Notes: generated by a model from the sequence alone, not told the origin. A stretch of DNA of 64,000 nt from an uncultured Phycisphaerales bacterium (GCA_963758525.1 CAVWVQ010000003.1:576001-640000), one strand, 5' to 3'; shown: positions 41,705-51,324, counted from the first letter of the stretch. Numbers and translations are program-made.

Positions 41705-42405
41705 TGCGGCGTGCTCCCGTTCACATTGGAATCCTGCGCCGCCGTTGAGCATGCGAGGGGGAACACCCGCACAACCGAAACAGGCTGATTCTGCGAACTC
41801 GCATCCGCGCCTTGCCGCTGCAACTGCAATGTCACCTCGACGGCCGCGGGGATCGTGTTGTCCTCCTGCGTCGAATCCCACGTAGTGACCCAATCGGAGC
41901 CGGTGTAATAGCGCAGGCTGAAGCCCAACACATTGCGGCACACCGTCTCCTCGTCAGGCGTGACTCCCTGCTCCGAGAGAAGATTACCCGAAACCCGCCG
42001 CACGAGATCCTGCTGGCCGTTCTGGCGGGATTCGACGGTCAACTCCACTTCCTTGATCTCGCCGTTGCCGTCGGGGTGATCGGGAGCGTACGTGTTCGTG
42101 TAGAAGACCAGATCGGCGGCGGGATTTCCGCGGCCGTCAGTGTTGGAGGTTCCTTCAAACGTTCCCGCCAGCACGCTGGCGCTGCCCGGCTGCATGGTGT
42201 TTGATAGATCGTTGCCAAGCAGATCCATCGCCAGCGCCGCCGTCCGCGATGCCTCCAGGCTGTTGGTGGCCGCGCTCTGCGCCTTGAAGGCGGCGCGCAA
42301 GCTCTGGTAAAGGACGCCGGAGAGAACGGCGGCCATCGCCATCGCCACCAGCAGCTCCACCACCGTGAAGCCGGGTCGCGCCGAATTGTGCGTGCTCCTG
42401 TTCAT
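41701..42405 (-). CDS. gspJ: Minor pseudopilin GspJ
   Basis: GFTVVELLVA; W..TWDS..IPAAVEVTL C-terminal pattern. Confidence 0.85.
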   Translation of the reverse strand: MNRSTHNSARPGFTVVELLVAMAMAAVLSGVLYQSLRAAFKAQSAATNSLEASRTAALAMDLLGNDLSNTMQPGSASVLAGTFEGTSNTDGRGNPAADLVFYTNTYAPDHPDGNGEIKEVELTVESRQNGQQDLVRRVSGNLLSEQGVTPDEETVCRNVLGFSLRYYTGSDWVTTWDSTQEDNTIPAAVEVTLQLQRQGADASSQNQPVSVVRVFPLACSTAAQDSNVNGSTPQ

Positions 42406-43214
42406 TGAGTTGCGGTGGTGGATGTCTGATTAGGGTAAATGACGGTTGAGAGCGCGATCGATTCCTGCCGGTTGCGATCGAGCCAGCTGACGCGAAGATC
42501 GAGCTGCTGCAAACCCGCGCCGGTGGTATCAGCGGCCCACGGCTGCACGGTTGCCTGCCACTGATACTGCGGCCAATCCGGGCTGAAATCGCCAGAGAGA
42601 CTCCCGCTTTGCCATTCCCCGGTCGCGACCAGCTCCGAGAGCTTTCCCTGGGCCAGCGAGGTGGCTTCGTTGCGATGGCGCGCCGCGGTCGCGGAACGGG
42701 TCGCGACCGCGACACCCTCCATGATCGAAGGGAGGACAATCGCAATCAGCAGCGTTGCCGCCAGGACTTCGACGAGAGTAAAGCCGCCGCGCATTCGCCG
42801 GCGCGGTTTCCACCCCAACCCGTCCTCCGAGCATGTAGGAGGCAAGCAAGAAAGGCTCCCCCCTGGCACGGGCATCTTGCCCGTGTTGGGGGCGTGGTGC
42901 TGAAGAGAATCTGCGATATCAAATCTTGCTTTCGTTCCAAGTCGCCCGCACGGGCTGGAAGCCCGTGCCACGGGAACACTTCCCCCAAAAACAAGCCGCC
43001 CAGCACGCAGGGCGGGATTCATCCCGCCGATTGACTCGGCAACCGCAGAACGCGGCGGGATAAATCCCGCCCTACAAGCGCTGCCGCACGTGGTAAAAGT
43101 GCGGGCAAGGCTGCGCTTGCAACCTTTGTGGTGGACGCTTCCCCGTGGCACGGGCATCTTGCCCGTGCTGGGTGCGCTCGATTGAAGAGCAGCTCGGACA
43201 TCAATTCGATTCAT
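42402..43214 (-). CDS. gspI: Minor pseudopilin GspI with a REP-derived 140-aa N-terminal extension (alternative start 42794)
   Basis: GFTLVEVLAA preceded by an open frame from an ATG overlapping the gspH stop; the extension contains five REP-type palindromes. Confidence 0.8.
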   Translation of the reverse strand: MNRIDVRAALQSSAPSTGKMPVPRGSVHHKGCKRSLARTFTTCGSACRAGFIPPRSAVAESIGGMNPALRAGRLVFGGSVPVARASSPCGRLGTKARFDIADSLQHHAPNTGKMPVPGGSLSCLPPTCSEDGLGWKPRRRMRGGFTLVEVLAATLLIAIVLPSIMEGVAVATRSATAARHRNEATSLAQGKLSELVATGEWQSGSLSGDFSPDWPQYQWQATVQPWAADTTGAGLQQLDLRVSWLDRNRQESIALSTVIYPNQTSTTATQ

Positions 43215-43708
43215 TTCGACACCTCCGCCGTCGGGACGATGTGAAACGCTTCCGCCGATGCTTCGCAGGCGACTTCCACCGTGCGGTCATAGCTGTCGGT
43301 GAGCCAGATCTTCGCCGGCTCGGTTCGGCCGCTGGATTGGAACTCGACGTACTGGCCGTCGGTGCGCTGAACAATGTCGGTGGTCATCTGCGACCCGCTG
43401 GCGATGGGAAACTGCTCGCCGTAGTCGTTGGAAAGCTCAGTGAAAATGCCGGCGCTGCCCGATGTCAGCCAGACCAGCTTCTTTGCCGGATCGACATTGA
43501 GGCGATACGTGCGTCCCTGCGATACGGCCTGCGTCCGCGCGTACCCGGCGAGGCTGAGGATCAGCGTCGCCGAGTCGTTGTTGGCGCGGCCCGCCTGGAA
43601 AGCGATCAGCGACGGCGCAACCAGAGCCGCGCCGATGGCCATGATGACCATCACGAAGATCAGTTCGATCAGCGTAAAACCGCGAGATTGAGTGATGGGT
43701 CCGCGCAC
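43211..43708 (-). CDS. gspH: Minor pseudopilin GspH/FimT
   Basis: GFTLIELIFV, YARTQAV, VEFQSSG. Confidence 0.85.
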   Translation of the reverse strand: MRGPITQSRGFTLIELIFVMVIMAIGAALVAPSLIAFQAGRANNDSATLILSLAGYARTQAVSQGRTYRLNVDPAKKLVWLTSGSAGIFTELSNDYGEQFPIASGSQMTTDIVQRTDGQYVEFQSSGRTEPAKIWLTDSYDRTVEVACEASAEAFHIVPTAEVSK

Positions 43709-43713
43709 GAGTG

Positions 43714-44211
43714 TTATTTGATGTCGTCGTCGCCGCCCTCATGGCCGTCGGGACCGCAGGAAAACAGATCGAAATCGGCTCCGTTGCTCCCCGGGCAGCG
43801 ATAGACGTAGGGGTTGCCCCACGGATCCTTCAGCGAATTGTCATCGATGTAAGCGTGCTTCCAGTTGGGCAGATTCCCCGGATTGCTCTGCAGCGCGGCG
43901 AGATTCTCTTCGGTGGTCGGCAGTCGCTCGTTGTCGATCTCGAATTGGCTGAGGGAGCTCTTGAGCGTCGAGATCGTCGCCTTGGCGGCGGCAATTTTCG
44001 CCTGCTGGGTTCGGCCGACCACTTTCATCGCAACCACCGACGTCAGGATCGCCAGAATCACGAGCACCAGCAACAGCTCGATGAGCGTAAAGCCGGAGCG
44101 CTCTGGCCGGCGATGTCGCGCACTTGCTCGGTGCTGCAGGCGCACCAGTCCGCCACGACTGGCCGCAAGTGGCACCAACCTGCGTTCTGCGGTTGCGTTC
44201 GTACTTTCCAT
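43714..44211 (-). CDS. gspG: Major pseudopilin GspG
   Basis: GFTLIELLLV, LPTTEENLAAL, DPWGNPYVY..PG, SCGPDG..DDDI. Confidence 0.93.
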   Translation of the reverse strand: MESTNATAERRLVPLAASRGGLVRLQHRASARHRRPERSGFTLIELLLVLVILAILTSVVAMKVVGRTQQAKIAAAKATISTLKSSLSQFEIDNERLPTTEENLAALQSNPGNLPNWKHAYIDDNSLKDPWGNPYVYRCPGSNGADFDLFSCGPDGHEGGDDDIK

Positions 44212-44243
44212 GTTGAATATCCTTTCTAAGAGAACATCTGGCT

Positions 44244-45485
44244 TTAGTGAATGACGTCGCCGAGGTTGAGCACCGGCAGCAGCACTCCGATCACGATCGT
44301 TCCGATCAGCCCGGCCATGATGAACAGCATCATTGGCTCGGCGATTGCGACGAGCATGCGAAGCTGCCGATCGAGGTCGGACTCATATGAAGTGGCCATC
44401 CGCAGCAGCTCCTTGTCGAGCCGACCGGTTTCCTCGGCTACCGCCACCATCTCTACCACTGACGGCGGAAAGAGTTTCGGGCTCTCCGCCAAACTCTTGG
44501 ACAGCGCCTGGCCGCGCTGGACTTCCTCAATGGCCCGCGAGACGGTGTCGGCAAGGGTCTGATTTCCAATCGCCTGGCGGGCGACGCGCAAGGAAGCCAC
44601 CAGCGGCACGCCCGCTCCCACCAGCGTTCCGAGCATCCGCGCAAACCGCACCAGCGCAAAGTGCGCGATCACTTGTCCCAGCAGGGGCGTGGAAAGCAGC
44701 GCCATCTCGATTCGCCGTCTTCCGGTCTCAGTTGATTTGGCATATCGGAGGGCAAAAAACAGCAGGATCGCCGCGCCCAGCACCCAAAATCCATAGTTCC
44801 TGATCACGTTGCTGGCCGCGACGATGAACTGCGTGAGCGCCGGCAGATTTGAGCCGAACTGAGCGAAGATCTCCTTGAATCTCGGAATGAAAAACGTCAG
44901 GAGAAAGATCACGACGCCGGTGGCGACGATGCCGAGAATCAGCGGGTAAATCATCGCCGCCTTGACCTTGCCCTTGAGGTCGGCCTCGCGGGTGCGGAAA
45001 TCGGCAATCTGCCCCAGAACGGTGTCGAGAAATCCCCCGGCTTCGCCCGCCTGCACCATCGCGACGTAGACGCTGGAGAACGACTTGGGCCATTTTGCCA
45101 GCGCCTCGTTGAGCGGCATGCCTCCGACCACGTCTTCATGCACGTCGCTCCACAACTGCTTGGAGGCTGGCGTCGACGCTTCGCGGCGCAGCAGCGCCAG
45201 CGCCCGGCTCAGCGGAATGCCCGCGGCTAGAAGGTTGGCAAGCTCGCGCGTGAACGACTCGATTGCCCGCTGCGAAACGCGCCCGCGTTGCGGACCGGCA
45301 GACGCCGCCCGCAATGCCGCCGCCTTCTTCGCCGCCAATTCCCCGTCGCGGGCTTCGTCGATGCTGATCGCGTGAAGCCCCTGCTTGCCAATTTGCGCAA
45401 CCGCCGCGGCGCACGAGTCGGCTGTCAGCGTACCGGCGCTGCGCCGTCCGTCCTTCGCCAGAGCTACATATGCGTAAACTGACAT
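44244..45485 (-). CDS. gspF: T2SS inner-membrane platform protein GspF
   Basis: FTRELANLLAAGIPL, MVQAGEAGG, AMIYP, AEETGRL, EPMML. Confidence 0.93.
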   Translation of the reverse strand: MSVYAYVALAKDGRRSAGTLTADSCAAAVAQIGKQGLHAISIDEARDGELAAKKAAALRAASAGPQRGRVSQRAIESFTRELANLLAAGIPLSRALALLRREASTPASKQLWSDVHEDVVGGMPLNEALAKWPKSFSSVYVAMVQAGEAGGFLDTVLGQIADFRTREADLKGKVKAAMIYPLILGIVATGVVIFLLTFFIPRFKEIFAQFGSNLPALTQFIVAASNVIRNYGFWVLGAAILLFFALRYAKSTETGRRRIEMALLSTPLLGQVIAHFALVRFARMLGTLVGAGVPLVASLRVARQAIGNQTLADTVSRAIEEVQRGQALSKSLAESPKLFPPSVVEMVAVAEETGRLDKELLRMATSYESDLDRQLRMLVAIAEPMMLFIMAGLIGTIVIGVLLPVLNLGDVIH

Positions 45486-45631
45486 ACGTTTTCACTGCCT
45501 CGATACACGTTCAATGCGCCACGGGCGACTTGCGAAACGCGCCGCTGGACGCGCTCCGCTGCGCGTCGCGGCTAACCGGGGTCCTGAACCCTGCCCGAAA
45601 AGGACTTCGATCCGAATCGTCGCGATAGTGT

Positions 45632-47369
45632 TCATTTTGCGCCCGCAAGCTCTTCGGCGCCGACCACCGCATTCTCGTCCTTGGTCATCCGCAGCACTTC
45701 TTCCGGTGTCGTTCGCCCTTCGCGGATCAATCGCCAGCCGTCTTCACGCAGGCTGTGCATTTCCTGCTGAATCGCCATCTTCCGGATCTCGCGCGAGCTG
45801 GATCGCTCCAAAATCAGCGAGCGAATTTCATCCGTGATCGGCATCATTTCAAAAACGCCCTGACGGCCGCGATAGCCGGTGCCCTGGCAACTGCGGCAGC
45901 CTGCGCCGCGATACAGCACCTCCGGCACCTCGTCGCCGAACTGCGCCCGCAGCTTCTCCACTTCATCGCGCGGCGCTTCCTTCCTGCAATGTTTGCAAAT
46001 CAGCCGCACCAACCGCTGCGCCACCACCGCTTCCAGCGATGACGCCACCAGATACGGCTCGACTCCCATGTCGATCAGCCGTGTCGTTGCGCCCGGCGCG
46101 TCGTTGGTGTGGAGCGTGCTGAAAACGAGGTGGCCCGTGAGTGACGCCTGCACCGCGATCTCCGCCGTTTCCTTGTCGCGGATTTCGCCGATCAGCACAA
46201 CGTCCGGATCGTGACGCAAAATGGATCGCAAACCCGCCCCGAAGCTCAGCCCGGATTTGGTATTCACCTGAATCTGATTGATCCCGCTCATCTGGTATTC
46301 AACCGGATCTTCGATCGTGATGATCTTCAGATCTGCGTTGTTGATCTTCGACAGCGCGGCATACAGCGTTGTCGTCTTGCCCGAGCCGGTCGGCCCGGTG
46401 ACCAGGATGATTCCATGCGGCAGATCCAGAACGCGGTCCCACGCGTTGCGATCCCGCGACGCCATCCCCAGATGTTCCAAACCGAGCAGCGCGTCGCCGC
46501 GATCGAGAATGCGCAGCACCACCGCTTCACCGTGAATCATTGGAATCACGCTCACGCGCAGGTCGATCTCGCGCCCCGCCACTTTCAAGCGAATGCGCCC
46601 GTCCTGCGGCAGCCGTTTCTCAGCGATGTCGAGATGGCTGAGAATCTTCAGGCGCGAGACGATCGCCGCATGGTACTTGCGGACCTGCGGCGGAATGTTC
46701 GCTTCGACCAACACGCCGTCGATTCGATACCGCACGCGCAACTGATGCTCGAACGGCTCGACGTGCACGTCGGTCGCCCGCGACTCGAGCGCCTCGGCCA
46801 TCACCTGATTCACGAACTTGACGATCGACGCATCCTGGGCGGCGCTGGACAGATCGAGGTCGTCCTCGTTCTGCTCTTCCAGCACTTTGACGCCGTCATC
46901 CTCCTCGTTCATCCCCATCGACTGCAGCGTGTCGGCTCCGACGCCCAGGTACTTCTTGATGTACTGATCGATCTCATTCGACGGCGCGATGGCCGGATGC
47001 ACATCCAGCCCCGTGGCGACGCGAAGCTCGTCGAGTCCCGATGTGTCGAAAATCCGCGACGTGAGGACAGTGACGCCGTCCCCATTTTGCGAAAGCGGCA
47101 TCAGCCGGCGTTCCAGCAGGATGCTGGCGGGAAATTTCGCCAGAAACTCCTTGGGCGGGGCGAGGCGCTCCCCGTCCTTTTCCAGATCGACGTAGGGAAC
47201 ATCAAAATGCACCGACAGGAACCGGAGGATCTTTTCCTCATTGGCCCCGGCCGCGCCGCGCAGGCGCATCATCCAGCGTTTTGCCAGTGGCGTGTGCGCT
47301 GCGCACCTGCTCGGCGCCCTCCGCGCTGAGCAGCCCTTCTTCGATCAATCGTGAAACGATGTCTTCCAT
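45632..47369 (-). CDS. gspE: T2SS ATPase GspE (frameshift near 47270)
   Basis: RATDVHVEP, LDIAEKRLPQDG, GPTGSGKTT, IEDPVE, LRHDPD, TGHLVFSTLH and CxxC pairs; N-terminus MEDIVSRLIEEG in another frame. Confidence 0.93.
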
Positions 47370-47434
47370 GAATGGTGTCAGTCTTTGGTTTTTCGGTTTT
47401 CAGCGTCAGTTCTTGGTTCAGTCGTCAGTCATTC

Positions 47435-47546
47435 GAGCAATTTTCGGTTGAGGCGGCATTGTGGTGCAGGCTTCCAGCCTGCCTCTGAGGAACAAGCTGG
47501 AAACCCGCACCACAATGGCCGCCCCACCTCAATCTGAAAACTGTTC
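47435..47546. mobile_element. Second MITE-like element with imperfect TIRs enclosing a GTGG-REP doublet
   Basis: Ends GAGCAATTTTCGG / CTGAAAACTGTTC; internal TGTGGTGCAGGCTTCCAGC..GCTGGAAACCCGCACCACA; partial relative at 60179-60254. Confidence 0.55.
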
Positions 47547-47597
47547 CAAATTCGCCAACTGAAAACTGCACACTGCAAACCGAAACCCACCGCCGGG

Positions 47598-48185
47598 TTA
47601 ATTCAACATTCCCGTCATCACCAGCAGGGCTTCCTGCCGTTGCGTGAGGACGCTTTCCAGATCCTTCTGTGCCGCGGTCAGATCTTCCTTGGCCTTGGCC
47701 TTGGCGTCGCGGAAGGCATCGAGCTTCGCCTTGATTTCGTCGGGCTTGGCATCCTTGTTATCAAGCGTGCTCTGGAGATCCGCCGAGGCCTTTTGCACAG
47801 CCGATTGCTCAGCGCCGCCCGCGGGAGCAGCCGGCGGGGTTCCACCCGCGCCGCCATTTGCGCCGCCGCGGTTGCGCCGGCCGCCCTGGCCGCCGCCGCC
47901 AAACATGGCGCGCATTCCGCCGCCGTTGGCGTCGCGCTGCAACTGCATCACTTTTTCGAGCTTCGGCTGGATCGCCGCGAATTCATCGTCTGAGGCTCCG
48001 AGCCGTTCCTTGAGCGTGTCAAGCATCCGCTGGCGAAACTGCGAAGGATCGAAGTTGCGCCGTCCGCCATTATCCCCGGGAGCCGGCTGCGTCGCCGGAG
48101 CCGGATTATTTTGCGCCAGCACCGGCATCGCCAGTGCTCCGCTCATCATCATTGCCGCCAATAGTCCGATCTTCTTTCCCGTCAT
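47598..48185 (-). CDS. Secreted helical protein (Spy/CpxP-like, planctomycete type)
   Basis: AGGAG RBS, signal peptide, Gly-rich loop, C-terminal VLTQRQEALL. Confidence 0.7.
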   Translation of the reverse strand: MTGKKIGLLAAMMMSGALAMPVLAQNNPAPATQPAPGDNGGRRNFDPSQFRQRMLDTLKERLGASDDEFAAIQPKLEKVMQLQRDANGGGMRAMFGGGGQGGRRNRGGANGGAGGTPPAAPAGGAEQSAVQKASADLQSTLDNKDAKPDEIKAKLDAFRDAKAKAKEDLTAAQKDLESVLTQRQEALLVMTGMLN

Positions 48186-48222
48186 TGCAATTCTCCTTTC
48201 AAGAGAGTTTGAGTTCCCCGGG

Positions 48223-48730
48223 TCATCCGGGCTGTGTTGCCGGATGTGTGTCAGGTGATGCGCCCGGCCGATGCGGCCCGTGGCGTGCATGCATTTCTTT
48301 TGTCAGCTCGTCCCATTTGCTTTGCTGCGACGCGTCCAACAGCGCACGACTGCGGCTCTCGGCATCATGAATCAGCGCTTCCCGCTGTTTGTCAGCGTCG
48401 GCGCGCTGCGCGATAAACAGTCATGATCTTCTCAAACTCCGCCCGCTGCTGATCGCTCAGCAGGGCCTGAATTTCCGCGTCGCGCTGCTTGTCGATCTGA
48501 TGGCGGCGCTCACCCGCCTGTTCAATCTTTTGCCGCGTCTCCGCCCAGACCGCGTCCATTTGCTGCTTCTGCTGCGCGCTGAGATTCAACTGATCGGCGA
48601 TCCACGACGGGCCCCCGCCACGCGCTGGCGCGGTTGCCGCCGGGACGCGAGTCGTCAGCCGGCCGACCACCACGCCGGCGCAGAGCACCAGTGCGGTGGT
48701 TGTTAAAAAAGCGAATTGTCGCCGCGACAT
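48223..48730 (-). CDS. Membrane-anchored Spy/CpxP-like (LTxxQ) protein (frameshift near 48405)
   Basis: TM helix; LNLSAQQK and LLSDQQR motifs; continuation LLDASQQSKW..PATQPG* in another frame. Confidence 0.7.
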
Positions 48731-48742
48731 GTCCTCGCTCCG

Positions 48743-49225
48743 TCAGGGCAGTTCATCTGAAGTGCTGGCGCTGCTTGCCAGGTACCATTCCGCCGCGGGC
48801 GTGGCCGGCTCGCGCTGGCTCTGCCCGATATCGCTCGCGTACGCGACGCCAACCCAGGGCGGCGGCGCCGCCGCCAGAGGCGCTGCGTGATCCTCGGCGT
48901 GCATCAGCCAGACCGACCCGATCAGCAACACGCTGGCGGCCAATCCGCTCAACGTCCAGGCCAGCCGCACAAATCCGCCGTCCAATACTGCGTCCATGCG
49001 TCGATAGAGCCGCGCTTTTGCAATCTGCGAGAGCTGTTGATTCCGCGATGCACCAAAGAGCCGGGAGATTTCTATCAACTGCGCCAAGACATCGCGGCAA
49101 GCCGCGCAAGCCGCGAGATGCACCGCCACCTCTGCGCGCACATCCGGCGGCAACTCGCCGTCCTGATACCTGCTCAATTCCTGCCCGCCTGGGCAATGAT
49201 CGATGGCCATTTCCGCTCCCATCAC
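48743..49225 (-). CDS. Zinc-finger (zf-HC2) anti-sigma factor
   Basis: LSRYQDGEL..HLAACAAC followed by a TM helix; overlaps the ECF stop. Confidence 0.88.
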   Translation of the reverse strand: MMGAEMAIDHCPGGQELSRYQDGELPPDVRAEVAVHLAACAACRDVLAQLIEISRLFGASRNQQLSQIAKARLYRRMDAVLDGGFVRLAWTLSGLAASVLLIGSVWLMHAEDHAAPLAAAPPPWVGVAYASDIGQSQREPATPAAEWYLASSASTSDELP

Positions 49226-49827
49226 GCACTATAATCGCGAAGCACCGCTCTCAATTCCGCTCGCGCCCGAAACAGCCGCGACTCGACGGTTCCCACCGGC
49301 AATTCCAGCACTGCCGCAATCTGCTCATACGAAAGTCTTTCCAGCTCCCGCAGCGCCAACACCTCGCGGTGCTCGGCCGTCAGCCTGTGCAAAGCGGCAT
49401 GCAGATCGATCTTCGCGTCCACTGCCGCCGCGGATCCCGGATCGACCAGCTTGTTCCGAGCCGCATCATTCTGCCGCAGTCGCCGGCGTTTTCGCTCCCG
49501 ATGAAACAATGCCGACTGCGTCAGCACAATCCGCGTCAGCCATGTCTTGACTGAAGATCGGCCCTGAAACTTGCCAGCGCCGCGGAACGCGCCGGTCAAC
49601 GATTCCTGCAAAACATCCTCCGCGTCAGCCGCATTCCCCACCAGCGAAGCCGCCAGGCGGAACATGCGGTCGACATGGCGATCCATCAGCACCCGGAACG
49701 CCGAGGCGTCGCCCCGCGCGCTGCGAGCCAGCAGCTCCGCGTCCGCCGGCCCGGGTTGAGCAGAATCACCGCCCTTTAGCGGCTCTTCCGCGTCCGAATC
49801 GGCCTCATCGCTTGTTTTTCCGTGCAT
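49222..49827 (-). CDS. ECF sigma-70 factor
   Basis: DAEDVLQE, FQGRSSVKTWLTRI, LSYEQIAAVLELPVGTVESRLFRAR. Confidence 0.93.
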   Translation of the reverse strand: MHGKTSDEADSDAEEPLKGGDSAQPGPADAELLARSARGDASAFRVLMDRHVDRMFRLAASLVGNAADAEDVLQESLTGAFRGAGKFQGRSSVKTWLTRIVLTQSALFHRERKRRRLRQNDAARNKLVDPGSAAAVDAKIDLHAALHRLTAEHREVLALRELERLSYEQIAAVLELPVGTVESRLFRARAELRAVLRDYSA

Positions 49828-50125
49828 TAGTTGCGCCGACGTGTGATTTTCTTCCCCCCGGCAAAAATAAAACCTACGGGTTTGGAAACCGGCAATATTG
49901 TCGCCTTTTACGGGCGAAGACACCATCGACAATTGCATCCTTCAATCTTGCGTCAGGCTGAGGCAGACTAAGGCGCGGGATCGGCGAGTGCGGTGGAATC
50001 GCAACATATCTTTGGCTACTCTAACGGAGGCGCGGCAGGCGAAATACCAGGTTCCTTCACCTTCGGGAGCACATGCCGACCACCGTCGAAACCTATCCCG
50101 AAGACGCGGCAGAGAGTCAAAAGGC

Positions 50126-50455
50126 GTGCGAGATCACAAATTGATCGACGAGAGAAGCCTGGCGATGGCGCGCGCCATCGCCCAGCGGCTGCGGTCCGAC
50201 CCGGGACTGGTGGAACTGGCACGCGCCAACATCGAACGATGGACCAAGTCATGTTCACCTCGCGGGAGAGCCGCTTTGCGGGAATGGCTCGCCGTCCTGG
50301 ATGGCCCGATCGACGGCGTGATTGCGCTGCTGTGCGGCGAAGACGAACGGGCCGTGCGCCTTCGGCAGTCCAACCCATTTGCCGGAGCGTTGACACAAAA
50401 AGTAAGGAACGAAATTCTTCTGAGATTCGAGGCTCGTGACAAGGCAGCAACTTGA
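50126..50455 (+). CDS. Small helical protein, putative partner/antitoxin of the downstream nucleotidyltransferase
   Basis: DERSLAMARAIA..ARANIERW..LRQSNPFAG; 20-nt overlap with the next gene. Confidence 0.7.
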   Translation: MRDHKLIDERSLAMARAIAQRLRSDPGLVELARANIERWTKSCSPRGRAALREWLAVLDGPIDGVIALLCGEDERAVRLRQSNPFAGALTQKVRNEILLRFEARDKAAT

Positions 50456-50990
50456 GCACATCATCCGGGCCGCCGCAGGCACCGCTGACGTCCGCGACAT
50501 TGTTGTGATCGGCAGTCAGGCCATTCTCGGGGCTTTCCCCGACGCTCCGGCCGAGCTGACCGAATCGATGGAGGCAGACGTTTTTCCCAGAGATGCGCCG
50601 GAACGGTCCATCGTCATCGATGGGGCCATCGGCGAAGAGTCGCTGTTTCACCAAACTTTTGGCTATTACGCGCACGGCGTTGACGAATCCACGGCAATCC
50701 TGCCCGACGGATGGCACGACCGCCTCGTCAAGGTCGAGAATGGCGCGACAGTGGGCGCAGTGGGATGGTGTCTTGAAGTCCACGACCTGGCTGCGAGTAA
50801 GCTCGCGGCCGGCAGGGAGAAAGACCTGCACTTCGTTCGAACGATGATTCAAACGAATCTCGCTTCTCCCCAAACTTTACAGCGCAGGCTTCATTGCACC
50901 CCGCGCTTGTCCCCAGAACTTCTGGCGCTTGCTTTGGCGCGCCTCAGCCACGCTTCAAAGGTTACTTCGACTCTGCCGCCATCTCCCTGA
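50436..50990 (+). CDS. DUF6036-like Pol-beta superfamily nucleotidyltransferase
   Basis: LEHIIRAA..VVIGSQAILG..SMEADV, DLAASKLAAGREKD. Confidence 0.75.
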   Translation: MTRQQLEHIIRAAAGTADVRDIVVIGSQAILGAFPDAPAELTESMEADVFPRDAPERSIVIDGAIGEESLFHQTFGYYAHGVDESTAILPDGWHDRLVKVENGATVGAVGWCLEVHDLAASKLAAGREKDLHFVRTMIQTNLASPQTLQRRLHCTPRLSPELLALALARLSHASKVTSTLPPSP

Positions 50991-51032
50991 AAGCGTAAAG
51001 GAAAGCCAACGGATTGCCATCCGTTGGGCATT

Positions 51033-51175
51033 GGGTGTGGCGCTCGAAAGTGGCGATCGGCTCCGAGTAGGGCGGGATTCATCCCGCCGATTTGTTGGCC
51101 GGCTGAGAAAACGGCGGGATGAATCCCGCCCTACGATCGCAAAATCTGCAATCGCCACAAATAAAAGTTACACCC
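51033..51175 (-). mobile_element. 143-bp MITE copy 2; 8-bp TSD TGGGCATT
   Basis: Direct repeats at 51025-51032 and 51176-51183; reverse complement of 17077-17219. Confidence 0.9.
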
Positions 51176-51324
51176 TGGGCATTTCATTTTCTTCAGTAAC
51201 CCGGATGGTTCCTCCCAGTTCCAATCCGCACCGATTTTATAGGCATCCGCCGCAAACCAGATTAGCCACTGACTGTCTGGGGGGTAGGCCGCTACCATCT
51301 GATGCAGCGGCAGGAGACTCCCCC

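Noticed and set aside
51190..51320. Possible riboswitch upstream of the DUF3300 gene
   Set aside because: No conserved riboswitch consensus could be matched by eye; an Rfam/Infernal scan would be required.
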